A stretch of DNA of 64,000 nucleotides from a virus. How positions within the stretch are numbered: the stretch's first letter is position 1; each line of letters starts with the position of its first letter. The stretch lies in IMG/VR virus record IMGVR_UViG_3300028883_000033, positions 1 through 64,000 of that record; one strand, 5' to 3'. Under the pieces are notes generated by a model, which made no database searches, was not told where the DNA came from, and was given only the letters and a program-made list of their open reading frames with translations. The translations under genes were made by a program, and so were the position numbers. Of this stretch, positions 1 through 10,464 are shown one piece after another.

Positions 1-1451
1 TAGTGTGGCGACCCATAGTCTTGCGATAGCGTATAGTCGTATGTTCCTGTTCCAGTTCGGTTTACTGTCAATCCGTTACTTGATGCAAGTGTGCCATTGG
101 CAAATGTTTTTGCATAGGCATAAACACCAAACCCTGGATTGCCATCATTGCCATCATCACCATCGGCACCTGCAGGTCCTTGTGGGCCCTGTGGTCCGGT
201 ATCCCCTTGTGGGCCTGCTGGTCCTTGGATGCCCTGAGGTCCTTGTGGTCCAGTGTCGCCTGTATCGCCTTTGGGTCCTTGTGGTCCAGTCGCACCATCT
301 AATCCATCCGCACCGTCAGCGCCGGCTGGGCCTTGAAGGCCTTGTGGACCAATAACACCTTGTGGTCCTTGTGGTCCGGTATCACCTTGTGGTCCTTGTG
401 GTCCAGTGTCGCCTGTATCGCCCTTGGGTCCTTGTGGTCCGGTGTCACCGGTATCCCCTTGTGGTCCTTGTGGGCCCTGTGGGCCTGTTGGTCCTTGTGG
501 CCCTTCTGGTCCTTGAACACCCTGAGCGCCTTCAACTGACATATCAGTGATGAATGTCCAGGAACCACCACTATACAAATACAAGCGACCATAGTCTGGA
601 TCGGATGGCGATAGTGTTCCTGCTACTAAGCCAAACTTACCTTCAGTTACTGAACCAGCCAGCAACTCTGCATCGCTGTTGTAAATCGTTTCAATATCAA
701 ACCCTTGGCCGGCTACGCCCTGTGGTCCCTGTGGTCCAGTGTCGCCGGTATCACCTGCAGGTCCTTGAATGCCCTGGATTCCTTGCGGTCCGGTGTCACC
801 CTGAATTCCTTGCGGACCTTCTGGACCTTGTGGTCCGGTGTCGCCTGTGTCGCCCTTAGGTCCTTGTGGTCCTTGAATTCCTTGGAGACCTTGTGGGCCA
901 GCAGCGCCTGTGTCGCCTTTTGGTCCTTGAAGTCCAGTTGGGCCTGTTGGACCTGTTGGGCCTTGCGGCCCGGTATCACCTGTGTCGCCTTTTGGACCAG
1001 CGACGCCTTGAGGACCCTGAATCCCTTGAATACCTTGAGGTCCTTGTGAACCAGTTGGGCCTTGCGGGCCAGTATCACCTTGTGGACCTTGTGGCCCTTG
1101 TGGACCTTGTGGACCAGTCGGTCCTGGTGTTAGTTCGATATCGTTCAGCTCATCCTGAATTTTTTCGGACGTCCACAATACTTCTGGGCTTGCTGGTGCA
1201 TTATCATCAACGATCTCATCGTCTTGCGCGCTACCTTCTTCAGGGCATTCCCATGCGGCAAGAAGACTATCCAGATATGTTTCTTCGGATGGTTGCAGCG
1301 CGGACACAAACCAAAAATCAGATGTTGTTGGTGTATTGTTGTCATTAATGATTTGCAGCAACTCGGGGGCGATGTTAGCATCTTCATTGATAGCTGCCAG
1401 CAACTTACCGTTACATGTCGTTACAAATGTTCTTTGTATTAGGATTGCCAT
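1..1451 (-). CDS. Collagen-like (Gly-X-Y) fibre/virion protein, 3' end truncated by the window edge; absent from the ORF track
   Basis: ATG at 1451 ([16 protein letters not shown]...); frame open to position 1; long [10 protein letters not shown] runs interrupted by a small globular segment ([10 protein letters not shown]...[14 protein letters not shown]). Confidence 0.9.
   Translation of the reverse strand, partial: MAILIQRTFVTTCNGKLLAAINEDANIAPELLQIINDNNTPTTSDFWFVSALQPSEETYLDSLLAAWECPEEGSAQDDEIVDDNAPASPEVLWTSEKIQDELNDIELTPGPTGPQGPQGPQGPQGDTGPQGPTGSQGPQGIQGIQGPQGVAGPKGDTGDTGPQGPTGPTGPTGLQGPKGDTGAAGPQGLQGIQGPQGPKGDTGDTGPQGPEGPQGIQGDTGPQGIQGIQGPAGDTGDTGPQGPQGVAGQGFDIETIYNSDAELLAGSVTEGKFGLVAGTLSPSDPDYGRLYLYSGGSWTFITDMSVEGAQGVQGPEGPQGPTGPQGPQGPQGDTGDTGPQGPKGDTGDTGPQGPQGDTGPQGPQGVIGPQGLQGPAGADGADGLDGATGPQGPKGDTGDTGPQGPQGIQGPAGPQGDTGPQGPQGPAGADGDDGNDGNPGFGVYAYAKTFANGTLASSNGLTVNRTGTGTYDYTLSQDYGSPH
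170..1130 (-). repeat. Collagen triplet repeats (9-nt periodicity, e.g. ggtccttgt on + strand)
   Basis: Direct reading; encodes G-P-Q / G-D-T triplets. Confidence 0.9.
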
Positions 1452-1461
1452 TTATTATACC

Positions 1462-4400
1462 TTATGGTGCATCTATAGATTGAATATTTAGTCGGCAGCC
1501 ATCAGCTAAAGTTACAAGAGCATCGGTTCCTGCAATACGTACTGACTGCACTCTAACCACGTCGCCGGATGTTAGATTCAATTTAAGAGTAGCACTCAAC
1601 GAATCTTCTGCGTTCGAGCCTGTTCTGTGGTAACCCCACGACCGCGAACCTGCCACCAAAGTACCATTCGATTGCAACTCAGTTTGCGATGTGGTACGAG
1701 AACCACCAACCGGAGAATCTAGGCTAACATCGTATGTAATTTCGTACCAGCCATCTTCATTAATTGTAATCTCGCTTCCACCACCAACAATATTGTGCGT
1801 AAACGCTGCATCTTGGCGGATAGATGTTCCAAAGTTAATCGTAGTTGGAGTTGTGGTAAACGTTTGTGTTACCCCACCGTTGTGCCGACTTAGATGCTGT
1901 TTGCCATCAACGGTAATTGTCGCTTCGGATGTTGGGGAACCAACGGCAGCCTGAACTTGAACTCCAACAAAATTAAGTGATGAAAAGTTTGTTCCGAGTG
2001 ATACGCCTTCATCTTGAACTTCAATTGTTGCACCAGTGCCTGGTTCGCCTTGTTCGCCTCTCGCTCCCGTTGCTTTTGCAACTGTGAGTAACGATCCGGC
2101 TTGGACAACTTCTGCTGTCGTTTGTGCCTGCACCTGCAACACTAACTGATCACCGGCAGACAATTCTGCAAAAAATACAGGAGAGTTTTGAACAATAACT
2201 TGGTTGGCGTCTGTGATGTCGCCTGTTAGGTGCTGACTTCCAGGAATTACCGCCGTACCACCAGCACCGTCCGTAACAACACGACCTGTAACTTCATCGT
2301 CCGATGGAATGGTGTAACTGATTTGATAGAGACCATCTTCCTTGATGTCAATAACTTGGGTGGTCGTATTGTTATGTTCGATTACGGTCGCGTTCGTTTC
2401 AACGTCCGTTAAGTTGAACGTTAGATCACCCCACGCAGGCGCGACAGGAATGGCGAGAGTGGTTGTTCTGCGAACTTGAACAACAGGTAGTCCGACCGAC
2501 GTCGAGTTCGCATCAAAATACGATTTGGTGATTAGCGATTGGTCGATAATGTTTGCATCATAACCAACAGGAACAACAACCGTGCCAGTTCCTTTCGGAA
2601 TCATTTCAATATCAATGTTCGTGTCAGTTCCAACAGCGACAATCTCTGGTCCGTTCCCAGTTGCACTGTTATCAACTTCTAGGTAGTTGACCGCATTTGC
2701 TACGGTTTGTAAGTATAAGATCGTTGCGCTATCGCCATCGTCGTAATCTGTAGCACCAAGCCATTCGCTATGGTCTGGGTAGATACGGACTTTCTCGTTG
2801 ATGACATCACCACCACCGTCTGTACGTCGACGAATAACGAAGTAATCTGACTCTTGTAGGAACATATCCCACCAAACAGTACCAGTGCCGGCAGCAACAT
2901 CAGCTGCAGGATCACCTGGGTTTGGTCCACCTGGACGGCCAGCACCGTCTACAGCAGATGCTGTACCTTTCAACCACTCAAGTGCTGGATCTTGGCCTGC
3001 GTCAGTAACATAACGCCAAATCCGCATGTTGCCGTTGGAGTCAATAACGTTTAATGTTCGCCCACCGCCAACAGCACCATCCGCCATATTCGCATCGGTG
3101 GCATTATCACCAATTGCTACACGACCATCACTATCTCGTACACGAAATTCTCGTCCAGGCGTACCAGTTACTGTAGCGTTACCTATAATATAGTCGCCAT
3201 CATCGGTGTTAATATAGTTCAATGATACCTGAGCACCATCAGCAATCAACTGTTTAGTTTTGCTGAGTGTGCCCTGAACTGTAATGGTTGCAGTGCCGTC
3301 TACTTGGTCAAAGTCTGTTGTGTTATCTAGGAACGTCGTTGCTAGGAAGTTCGATTGTGATGTATCGTTAGCAGACAAACCTAACGCCAATCCACGAACG
3401 CTACCACCATTGGCAAAGAAGGTTGACGCATCGTTATTAATAACACCTGTGCCTGCTGGGGTTGTTAAGTTACCTAAAATTTCATAGTTACTAACTTCAA
3501 CGCGAGCGCCACCATTATTATTAATAGCGGTGGTGTTACCTCTAAAGTTTACAACATCAGCATCAACAAATGTATTTGCACCGGTTACATTAACGCCTGT
3601 TACGTTATTTCTCGCAGCACCCGACGTCCAACGAATTCGTTGTAGTATGTTAACGGTGCCGTTGCCACCGCTAATTGCTATGTTTGCGTCTTCCATAGAA
3701 ACGTCATCTAAGAAGAACACACCATCGCCAGAGACTTGAATTAAGTTACTACCGGTGACGTCTTTATAATCTGTTCCGCCATTATCCTGACCACGAAGTG
3801 TCATTCGAGACAATGTAGGACCGTCCGTATTAACAGCCGAAGTCATCGTAAATAACGGTTGCCCGTTAATCAACGGTTCAACGAAGGTTGATACTGACTC
3901 CGAACCCTGTACCTGAACATAACGGCTTGTAGCACCGGTAACGTTAATCGGGTTATCTTCTTCGTAAATGCCGTCCAATACTTTAACTGTAGTTGGATTT
4001 GCGGCTGTAGCAACTGTTAGTGCTTCTTGTACACCTTTCTTAACCGTCAGGTATGGGTTGGAGAATGAACCATCACCGATTATGTCACTTCCGTTTTTCG
4101 TAACGTAGATAACGTTATCTGGACTAAACGCAACTTCTTCTTGAATACGAGAAAATGTCCAGAGCCCTAAGGATTCGTTGTAAATTAAAACGCCGGCGGT
4201 GCCGCTTAATTCAATTACAATTGTTTGTGCGCCGCCTGCTCCGTTGTCAATCAGCCCGCCCGTTTGTGCGTCAATCGTTAAATTGTTGGTTCCAAATGTA
4301 TTAATAGCATCTTGGAACGTTACAGAGTCACCATTGCTTGCTGGCGACGGCAATAGCATTGTTACCGGACCGGCCGATGTATCAATAGCAACAAATTCTG

Positions 4401-5961
4401 TACGTCGTGCTGTAAAGTTGGAAGAACGGTTTCTCCAACGTAGACTATCTGCTTCAATAACATTGACTTCAGCCGCACCCGACAGCTGAATTCGTTGTGC
4501 TGTTGGTGCAATGTCATTTACAATTAGGTTTAGTGTGCCGGCACCAGATACACTGTATGCCGTAGCACACTCAATAGTACCGACATTGATTGTCATGCTA
4601 CCATTGGTAATATCTAATGCAATACCATTGCCGATACCTGCACCTTGTTCTAAAATATGTGAAACACGGCCAACAATAATGCCGGAGTTAGTTTGTCGAT
4701 CGATTGCAGTACCGGTTCCGGTAATGTACATGTCCTCGACGTCCATGTGGATATGACCGGCGGATGTTGATTGATCTAATAGACCTGTGCCATTCTCTGC
4801 ATAAATCTGACGAACACGAACAATGAAAACAGATGTATCAGCAGTATTAACAATTGCATTTGCAGAACTAGTGGCACGAACAATTTCACCTGTTGCCCAA
4901 CCTGTAGCAGTTGATGTTGCTCCTTTGGAAATTACATTTCCTGTTGCTGCGGTAATTTCCTGGAATACAAACTCAGCATTATCTTCGATTACAACATTAC
5001 CAACAAATGATGAGTTAGGAGCTTTAACTAATACAAACGATGGAATCGTAAAACTTTCTGTGTATGTTCCTGCATCTTCACAATGAACCGAAATCTTATT
5101 AGATGCAGACGGAGTTAACGCTGAGGCAGCCGTTATTGCAGCGCCAAATGTTAGCTTTGGTTCTTCTGGCGTTGATCCGGTGTTTGTATCATTCCCATGC
5201 TTACCAACATATATTGTTTGGAGTCGAGGGGCGAAGGTTGCTCCACTAGAGAACAATAACACCCAACCACAATCTTTATTGTTTCCTGGTAAGGTGTTGC
5301 TATCATCCACAGAAACTGGTATGGTAAACCACCCAACATTATCAATAGGATCTCCTGTCAAAGTAAACAGTGCGGCAGAAGCTGCAGTATCCTTTTGTTG
5401 AATATATAATTTATTGCCAGCGTTAAGTGCGTTAATTATAGCACTTGCATCTACTCCTGATCTAGTATCATCATTGACGTAGATTTCTGTTACAGCACTT
5501 AAAACAGCACTATCAAATCTGAACCTACCGCTGCCTGGGTCTGCTTCAGTCGTGCTTGTACTAAATTTCCATTCGAGCTGAATGGATGCTCCAGCACCAA
5601 CTGTCGATGCTGGCACATTAGACCAGGTTCCAGCATTATATTGAAGAACCTCTCCATCCGTAAGGCTACCGAGGACGACATCTTCGAGTTGATCCAGGTC
5701 ACCGCCTTTGATACGATAATGAGTATCATTCATCGCAGCAACAGCATCTAGCGCCCGGGATAATGTCAACGGTGTCGCATCATCCAGAGGATCAAGAACA
5801 GCAACCGTCCCGGCTGTTATCGCAGCCGGGAGGTCTGTGCTCTGTGCCACTGAGACACCACGATCTTGTGTTAGATCGTACGTCTCATTTGGCGTTAGCA
5901 AGATACCGAGATCGTCGATGCTGACGTTTGCGGTATCAATGTTCTTTATAAAAAAAGCCAT
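1462..5961 (-). CDS. Large fibre/spike-like virion protein with two beta-helix-type segments and C-terminal C1q/BclA-like domains
   Basis: 1499 aa; two 'IYVxKxGxD..GS...PxLT' starts typical of beta-helix domains; two C-terminal 'DGxYxIxY...L.AGD' beta-sandwich units; N-terminal ~110 aa shared with 5968..9510. Confidence 0.65.
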   Translation of the reverse strand: MAFFIKNIDTANVSIDDLGILLTPNETYDLTQDRGVSVAQSTDLPAAITAGTVAVLDPLDDATPLTLSRALDAVAAMNDTHYRIKGGDLDQLEDVVLGSLTDGEVLQYNAGTWSNVPASTVGAGASIQLEWKFSTSTTEADPGSGRFRFDSAVLSAVTEIYVNDDTRSGVDASAIINALNAGNKLYIQQKDTAASAALFTLTGDPIDNVGWFTIPVSVDDSNTLPGNNKDCGWVLLFSSGATFAPRLQTIYVGKHGNDTNTGSTPEEPKLTFGAAITAASALTPSASNKISVHCEDAGTYTESFTIPSFVLVKAPNSSFVGNVVIEDNAEFVFQEITAATGNVISKGATSTATGWATGEIVRATSSANAIVNTADTSVFIVRVRQIYAENGTGLLDQSTSAGHIHMDVEDMYITGTGTAIDRQTNSGIIVGRVSHILEQGAGIGNGIALDITNGSMTINVGTIECATAYSVSGAGTLNLIVNDIAPTAQRIQLSGAAEVNVIEADSLRWRNRSSNFTARRTEFVAIDTSAGPVTMLLPSPASNGDSVTFQDAINTFGTNNLTIDAQTGGLIDNGAGGAQTIVIELSGTAGVLIYNESLGLWTFSRIQEEVAFSPDNVIYVTKNGSDIIGDGSFSNPYLTVKKGVQEALTVATAANPTTVKVLDGIYEEDNPINVTGATSRYVQVQGSESVSTFVEPLINGQPLFTMTSAVNTDGPTLSRMTLRGQDNGGTDYKDVTGSNLIQVSGDGVFFLDDVSMEDANIAISGGNGTVNILQRIRWTSGAARNNVTGVNVTGANTFVDADVVNFRGNTTAINNNGGARVEVSNYEILGNLTTPAGTGVINNDASTFFANGGSVRGLALGLSANDTSQSNFLATTFLDNTTDFDQVDGTATITVQGTLSKTKQLIADGAQVSLNYINTDDGDYIIGNATVTGTPGREFRVRDSDGRVAIGDNATDANMADGAVGGGRTLNVIDSNGNMRIWRYVTDAGQDPALEWLKGTASAVDGAGRPGGPNPGDPAADVAAGTGTVWWDMFLQESDYFVIRRRTDGGGDVINEKVRIYPDHSEWLGATDYDDGDSATILYLQTVANAVNYLEVDNSATGNGPEIVAVGTDTNIDIEMIPKGTGTVVVPVGYDANIIDQSLITKSYFDANSTSVGLPVVQVRRTTTLAIPVAPAWGDLTFNLTDVETNATVIEHNNTTTQVIDIKEDGLYQISYTIPSDDEVTGRVVTDGAGGTAVIPGSQHLTGDITDANQVIVQNSPVFFAELSAGDQLVLQVQAQTTAEVVQAGSLLTVAKATGARGEQGEPGTGATIEVQDEGVSLGTNFSSLNFVGVQVQAAVGSPTSEATITVDGKQHLSRHNGGVTQTFTTTPTTINFGTSIRQDAAFTHNIVGGGSEITINEDGWYEITYDVSLDSPVGGSRTTSQTELQSNGTLVAGSRSWGYHRTGSNAEDSLSATLKLNLTSGDVVRVQSVRIAGTDALVTLADGCRLNIQSIDAP

Positions 5962-5967
5962 TTGTTA

Positions 5968-8900
5968 TTATGCTCTCCAACGGAACCATAGTGTAACGAT
6001 TACATCACCAATTGTACCACCAGTTGATGCACCACGGAGACGTATTTTTTGTCCAGCGTTTACATCAACGTTCAGCGTACCATCAGCAACGTTTGCTTGA
6101 CCGCCACCGCCAGAAGGAATTGTAATCAGAGGAGCGGTTGCGGTACCATCTACATACAGATCAATTCCTTTCGCATTAGAGCTGTTTGCAGTATGAGCTG
6201 TCGCACGAACCAGGGTTGCGTTGTATGGAATAATGTAACCACTCGTCGCATCATTTGCACTACCAACTTCCATCCAGTCGTTGTTCCCCAAGTTATTCTC
6301 AGAGTATGCAACAGAGAACTCTGCTGTTGAGAGATCCTTACTACGAGCTGGATCTGTCATAAACAACTGGAATTCACCAGGAGAACCCGAACCGCCAATT
6401 GCTTTAACAGAAAGGCTACTCAGTCCGAGGATGTTTGCAACACCATCAGCAATTTCCTGTCCAGTGAACTTCTCGTTTGCTGTTGATGATGTGTTATAAC
6501 CAATGAACTGATCGGTTGCAGTCATATTTTCGCCAGCACTTGGAGTGCCGTCGATATCCAACTCGAGCGTTGGGTTACCTGCAATGCCATCACCATTTGT
6601 AACAGCAAGGCCATCTCCAGCGCCGGCACCTGCTACTTGAATGTCACGAGTTGCATACGAGTCAGGTGAACCACCAGTCTTAACAACAATACCAGAACCA
6701 GTTACACCAGAGACGACATCAAGTTCTTCAAAGATATCACCAAGTGAGTACGATACTGTGTTAGAACCATCACAAACAGGGATCAGACTATTAAAATCAA
6801 GGTTTGCAACATCGCCAGCGGACATACCACAAACATCAAGGCTGATTTCAAGCGTCGCAGGAGAACCAACCGTTGTTACGTTGATACCATTACCGCCAGT
6901 GATCGTGTTGGATACAAGTTCATTCAACGTTGTTGTGTAAACTGTACCACCTTCATTGATGATGATTTCCGTGTTGCCAGATGGTGTTGCACCAGGCGAG
7001 CCAGATGTTGTTGGTAGCGATGTGAAATCAAGACTGATTGTTAATGTCTCAGGATCATCGGCAGCGACTGTTGTGATTGCAGTACCACCAACAATTGCGA
7101 TTGTATCGCCTGCAACATCAGCAGCAGCTGAGCCAGAATCACCTGTAACCGTTCCAAACGCAGGAGCGGTAATTGCATCAAGATTTTCGTTTGTCCATCC
7201 TGCTGGCGAACCTGCACGATAAACAAGAACATCACCGTCAGCTGGTGCTGGCGAACCCTGAAGATTGACGTTGCCAATATCTTCAAGTTTGATGGCAGAG
7301 AGGTCTACATCAACTGTCAGAGTCTCGTTGCCACCATCGTTGTTCTGCGTCAGTGTTGTGTACGTTCCAGCAATCAACTTACCGTCTAGGTAACCAGGAG
7401 TGGTATCATTCGCAGAAACTTTGATCAGTTCGTCAGTATCAAGGCCAAGCTGATCGATAACTTCTTGTAGAGTAACCGTAGCCAGCGTTCCACCGTTGTT
7501 AATGACAATTTCATCTGTACCATCAACAACACTTGGAGAACCGCCCGCAGGAATCGTCGAGAAGTCAAGACTAATTGTCAGCGTATCTGTGGCTGCGCTA
7601 ACATTGACATTAATACCAGTGCCACCCGCAAGAGTTGCTGTATCTGTTGATGAGTCAGCAGTGATCTGTGCATCGCCAGTTGTGTTACCACCACCTGCCC
7701 AATTTTCGAAGCTATTGGTTGACGCGATTGCACCTGCGATGTCACTAACAGTGTAGTAAACGTTAGTATCAGTAGACGAATCCCAAACAGCAACACGGTC
7801 GACCGTATCAACCGCTGCGCGCAGCGGTAAGCCTTCGATGTCAAGACCAACAGTTGGGTTACCAGCGATACCATCACCGTTGAGAACTTCAAGACCATCA
7901 CGGTCACCTGCACCAGCTGCAACGATTGTGCGTGACGCATACGTGTCAGCGGCGGTGCGAACAACAAAGCCATCGCTCGTGATGTTGTTTACGACATCCA
8001 GAGCGTTGAATACTTCCTGGAACGTTGCACCGTATGTCTGAGTACCAGTTACGCCCTGTGCAGAACCGGTAACATCATGGAAAGCGATTCGGTCAGCCAA
8101 TGCTGGTGTTGCGGAAGCGACTTCTGTTGGGCCTAAATCAAGAGCGAACACAGTTCCTGTCTGTGCAATACCGATGTCACCAACGAACGCACCAGCGCCA
8201 GAGAACTGGACTGGAATGATTGGATCTTGACCGATAACGAAAGTGCTTGGGTCATCAACAGATAAAATCCATGCCGAGTTTTCGTAGGTGTTACCAGATT
8301 CGACGAATGTGTATGCGCCGGAAACTTCACTACTCTCGTCAGTACATGTGCAGCGAGTCAGTACCCACTGTGCAGGCGATCCTGTCCCGTCCGCGGTAAC
8401 GGTGTAGATACCGTTTTCTAGTGCTCGGTCAGGAGAACCTCCCTCCTGCCCTTTGACCAGAACACGATCACCAACAGATAGTGCAACACCATCAATCGTT
8501 AACTGGATTGGTGAACCGGTCGCAGTAGCAGATAGAGTTGAACCGATTTCTGATGGAGAACCTGATCCGCTAGCGTATGTCCATGTGCTACTGGTAATCG
8601 TATCAAGATCATCAGGCGTTGCAACATTGACGGACTGACGAGCCTTCAAACCAGCAGCAATATTATCAACATATGCTTTGTTAACGATATCATTGTTATT
8701 TGTAAACCCACCAGTTGGCGTTTCAATAAGAGCCGAAGCACCATCCACAATGCTGATGCCTGCACCAGATGCAATTGTCAATGTGCCTGAATCAAGAGTG
8801 TCGCCGGTATTGCGGAGGAAAACGTCATCAATAGAAAAGTTGACTGCGCCATCGCATGTGCCTGCACCATCAACATAATTTACAGTGATGTCAGTCTGAG

Positions 8901-9510
8901 AACCACCAGCAATCATTGCTCCTGAGATGTCTTGGACAGCCTCACAGAACCCAGGAATAGGTGTTGATGGACTGCCTGAACTGAATAGTGGAGTTGCTGT
9001 TACCTCGTCACTTCCATTACCAACCAGCACATAGACTGTATTATTTTCCCATGTTCCGCTTGGTGAACCAGATGGTGAAGGTGTGTTGACGTCTTCGAGA
9101 TCGCCAAGACGAATGTCACCAGCAATGTTGCTTGGAGAGTTTGGCTGCCATTCTGCATCGCCATCGTTATATGTTAAAACACAACCACCGGTGCATCCTG
9201 TTGTGTCGACATCCTCGAGTTGTGTTAAGGTACCACCACGAATCCTATAGTGAGGGTCGTTGTGAACTTCAACAATCTCTTGGCTAACCGCCGCGCTAAG
9301 TTCTGTCGTTCCATCAAGAGGATCGAGAACAACAATGTTTCCTGCAACAATTTGTGCAATGAGATCTGCACTAACTGCAATCTGTCGCGGATCTTCCGTG
9401 ATTAGATCATAATCAAATTGTGGGGGACTTCCAACACCAGCTGGGATTGTCAAACCTAAATCATTGATTGCAATCGCGCCGCTGGTCTTATTACGAATAA
9501 AAAAGCTCAT
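5968..9510 (-). CDS. Fibre/virion structural protein with internal repeats and 14 GSP motifs
   Basis: 1180 aa, G/T/S/D-rich; 'NKAYVD' and 'GDRVLVK.Q...ENGIY...WVLTR' motifs of phage fibre proteins; duplicated 'NGDGIAGNPT' unit. Confidence 0.7.
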   Translation of the reverse strand: MSFFIRNKTSGAIAINDLGLTIPAGVGSPPQFDYDLITEDPRQIAVSADLIAQIVAGNIVVLDPLDGTTELSAAVSQEIVEVHNDPHYRIRGGTLTQLEDVDTTGCTGGCVLTYNDGDAEWQPNSPSNIAGDIRLGDLEDVNTPSPSGSPSGTWENNTVYVLVGNGSDEVTATPLFSSGSPSTPIPGFCEAVQDISGAMIAGGSQTDITVNYVDGAGTCDGAVNFSIDDVFLRNTGDTLDSGTLTIASGAGISIVDGASALIETPTGGFTNNNDIVNKAYVDNIAAGLKARQSVNVATPDDLDTITSSTWTYASGSGSPSEIGSTLSATATGSPIQLTIDGVALSVGDRVLVKGQEGGSPDRALENGIYTVTADGTGSPAQWVLTRCTCTDESSEVSGAYTFVESGNTYENSAWILSVDDPSTFVIGQDPIIPVQFSGAGAFVGDIGIAQTGTVFALDLGPTEVASATPALADRIAFHDVTGSAQGVTGTQTYGATFQEVFNALDVVNNITSDGFVVRTAADTYASRTIVAAGAGDRDGLEVLNGDGIAGNPTVGLDIEGLPLRAAVDTVDRVAVWDSSTDTNVYYTVSDIAGAIASTNSFENWAGGGNTTGDAQITADSSTDTATLAGGTGINVNVSAATDTLTISLDFSTIPAGGSPSVVDGTDEIVINNGGTLATVTLQEVIDQLGLDTDELIKVSANDTTPGYLDGKLIAGTYTTLTQNNDGGNETLTVDVDLSAIKLEDIGNVNLQGSPAPADGDVLVYRAGSPAGWTNENLDAITAPAFGTVTGDSGSAAADVAGDTIAIVGGTAITTVAADDPETLTISLDFTSLPTTSGSPGATPSGNTEIIINEGGTVYTTTLNELVSNTITGGNGINVTTVGSPATLEISLDVCGMSAGDVANLDFNSLIPVCDGSNTVSYSLGDIFEELDVVSGVTGSGIVVKTGGSPDSYATRDIQVAGAGAGDGLAVTNGDGIAGNPTLELDIDGTPSAGENMTATDQFIGYNTSSTANEKFTGQEIADGVANILGLSSLSVKAIGGSGSPGEFQLFMTDPARSKDLSTAEFSVAYSENNLGNNDWMEVGSANDATSGYIIPYNATLVRATAHTANSSNAKGIDLYVDGTATAPLITIPSGGGGQANVADGTLNVDVNAGQKIRLRGASTGGTIGDVIVTLWFRWRA

Positions 9511-9511
9511 T

Positions 9512-10027
9512 TTAGACTCTCCATTTCAGTGTAAGTTTGACAACCGTGTCTTGAATTGCTCCGCCTGTTCCCTGTTGGGCTTGTAGACGAATTTTGTCGC
9601 CACGGGCAAAGTCTATATCTATAGATGTATTTATGAATGTTGAGTTGGATCCGCCAGTCAGTGACCCTATGGAGCCGAAGTCAGTATTGTTAACAAAAAG
9701 GTGAATATTTTTTTCGTTTGATCCAGTGTCTTCGCAGTGGCATGTCGCAAACACCACAGTGCCGTCGAAGTCGGCAATAAATCCCGTATCCGCATCAACG
9801 GCATTCCCCACTTCAATCCAATCACCAGCGTTCAGCCGGTTTTCTGAAAACTGAAGAACATGATCAGCTACTGATAATCTCTTTCCAGCAGGGGGCGAAC
9901 CAACACCCCTTGTCGTATCGACGAATGTTAGTGTTGGTTGTCCGTTGATAATCGAGATACTGAGATCGCCTGGCGTTGAGCCTCCCGATCCGCACTGATT
10001 TGGTCTAGTTAAAATAAGGCCTGTCAT
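9512..10027 (-). CDS. Virion protein paralogous to the C-terminal domain of 5968..9510
   Basis: FSENRLNAGDWIEVGNAVDADTGF vs YSENNLGNNDWMEVGSANDATSGY; both end KIRL...GG.I.D..V.L...WR. Confidence 0.75.
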   Translation of the reverse strand: MTGLILTRPNQCGSGGSTPGDLSISIINGQPTLTFVDTTRGVGSPPAGKRLSVADHVLQFSENRLNAGDWIEVGNAVDADTGFIADFDGTVVFATCHCEDTGSNEKNIHLFVNNTDFGSIGSLTGGSNSTFINTSIDIDFARGDKIRLQAQQGTGGAIQDTVVKLTLKWRV

Positions 10028-10033
10028 TATATC

Positions 10034-10297
10034 TTATTCCCGGTTCCGAACGCCTCGATACTTCCGCATAATTACACCAAATTCGTGGCGGTGGATGTAT
10101 TTACCATTCTCTTGAATCGCTTGAATCGCTTGATCGAACGCAGCAGACTCTCGAGCGGGAATAAAAACTTCAATCTCTTCGTTTTCAACAATTATTTGTT
10201 TTTTATCGTACTTTATGCCTTTTGGTAGAGGTGATTCGCCAGCAGGATTTTTTTCGAGGTCGCCCAATTGTCGTAACAGCGGAAAATTGTCATTCAT
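10034..10297 (-). CDS. Hypothetical protein
   Basis: 87-aa ORF co-oriented with and abutting the fibre operon, downstream of late-promoter motifs. Confidence 0.6.
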   Translation of the reverse strand: MNDNFPLLRQLGDLEKNPAGESPLPKGIKYDKKQIIVENEEIEVFIPARESAAFDQAIQAIQENGKYIHRHEFGVIMRKYRGVRNRE

Positions 10298-10367
10298 TAT
10301 TCTGGCCTTTAGTCAATACAGTTTGTGAGATGCGTAGAGGTTATAATCTTCACATATTCCCTGTAAA

Positions 10368-10435
10368 TATTTATCGGAACGTACTACGCCACTTTTCTCT
10401 ATTTATCGATCACGGGTCTAGCACTATCATAAATA
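10368..10435. promoter_or_regulatory. Divergent late promoters: GATAAATA (-) at 10368-10375 and 10400-10407; CATAAATA (+) at 10428-10435
   Basis: Close matches to the T4 late -10 box TATAAATA in an intergenic region between divergent genes. Confidence 0.65.
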
Positions 10436-10464
10436 GGACCAATAGGTTATAACGGGGATTTAAC

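Noticed and set aside
170-1130. Short direct repeats that could look like a CRISPR array or satellite
   Set aside because: 9-nt coding periodicity with third-position variation and no unique spacers.
5-1442. Many short ORFs on both strands with periodic W/L/V or H/K/D content
   Set aside because: Shadow frames of the collagen Gly-X-Y repeat gene (1451 to <1, - strand).
5968-9510. GSP motifs as a mobile DNA micro-repeat or DGR product
   Set aside because: Codons differ (AGY and TCN serines), flanks are unrelated, and there is no reverse transcriptase or template/variable repeat pair in the window.
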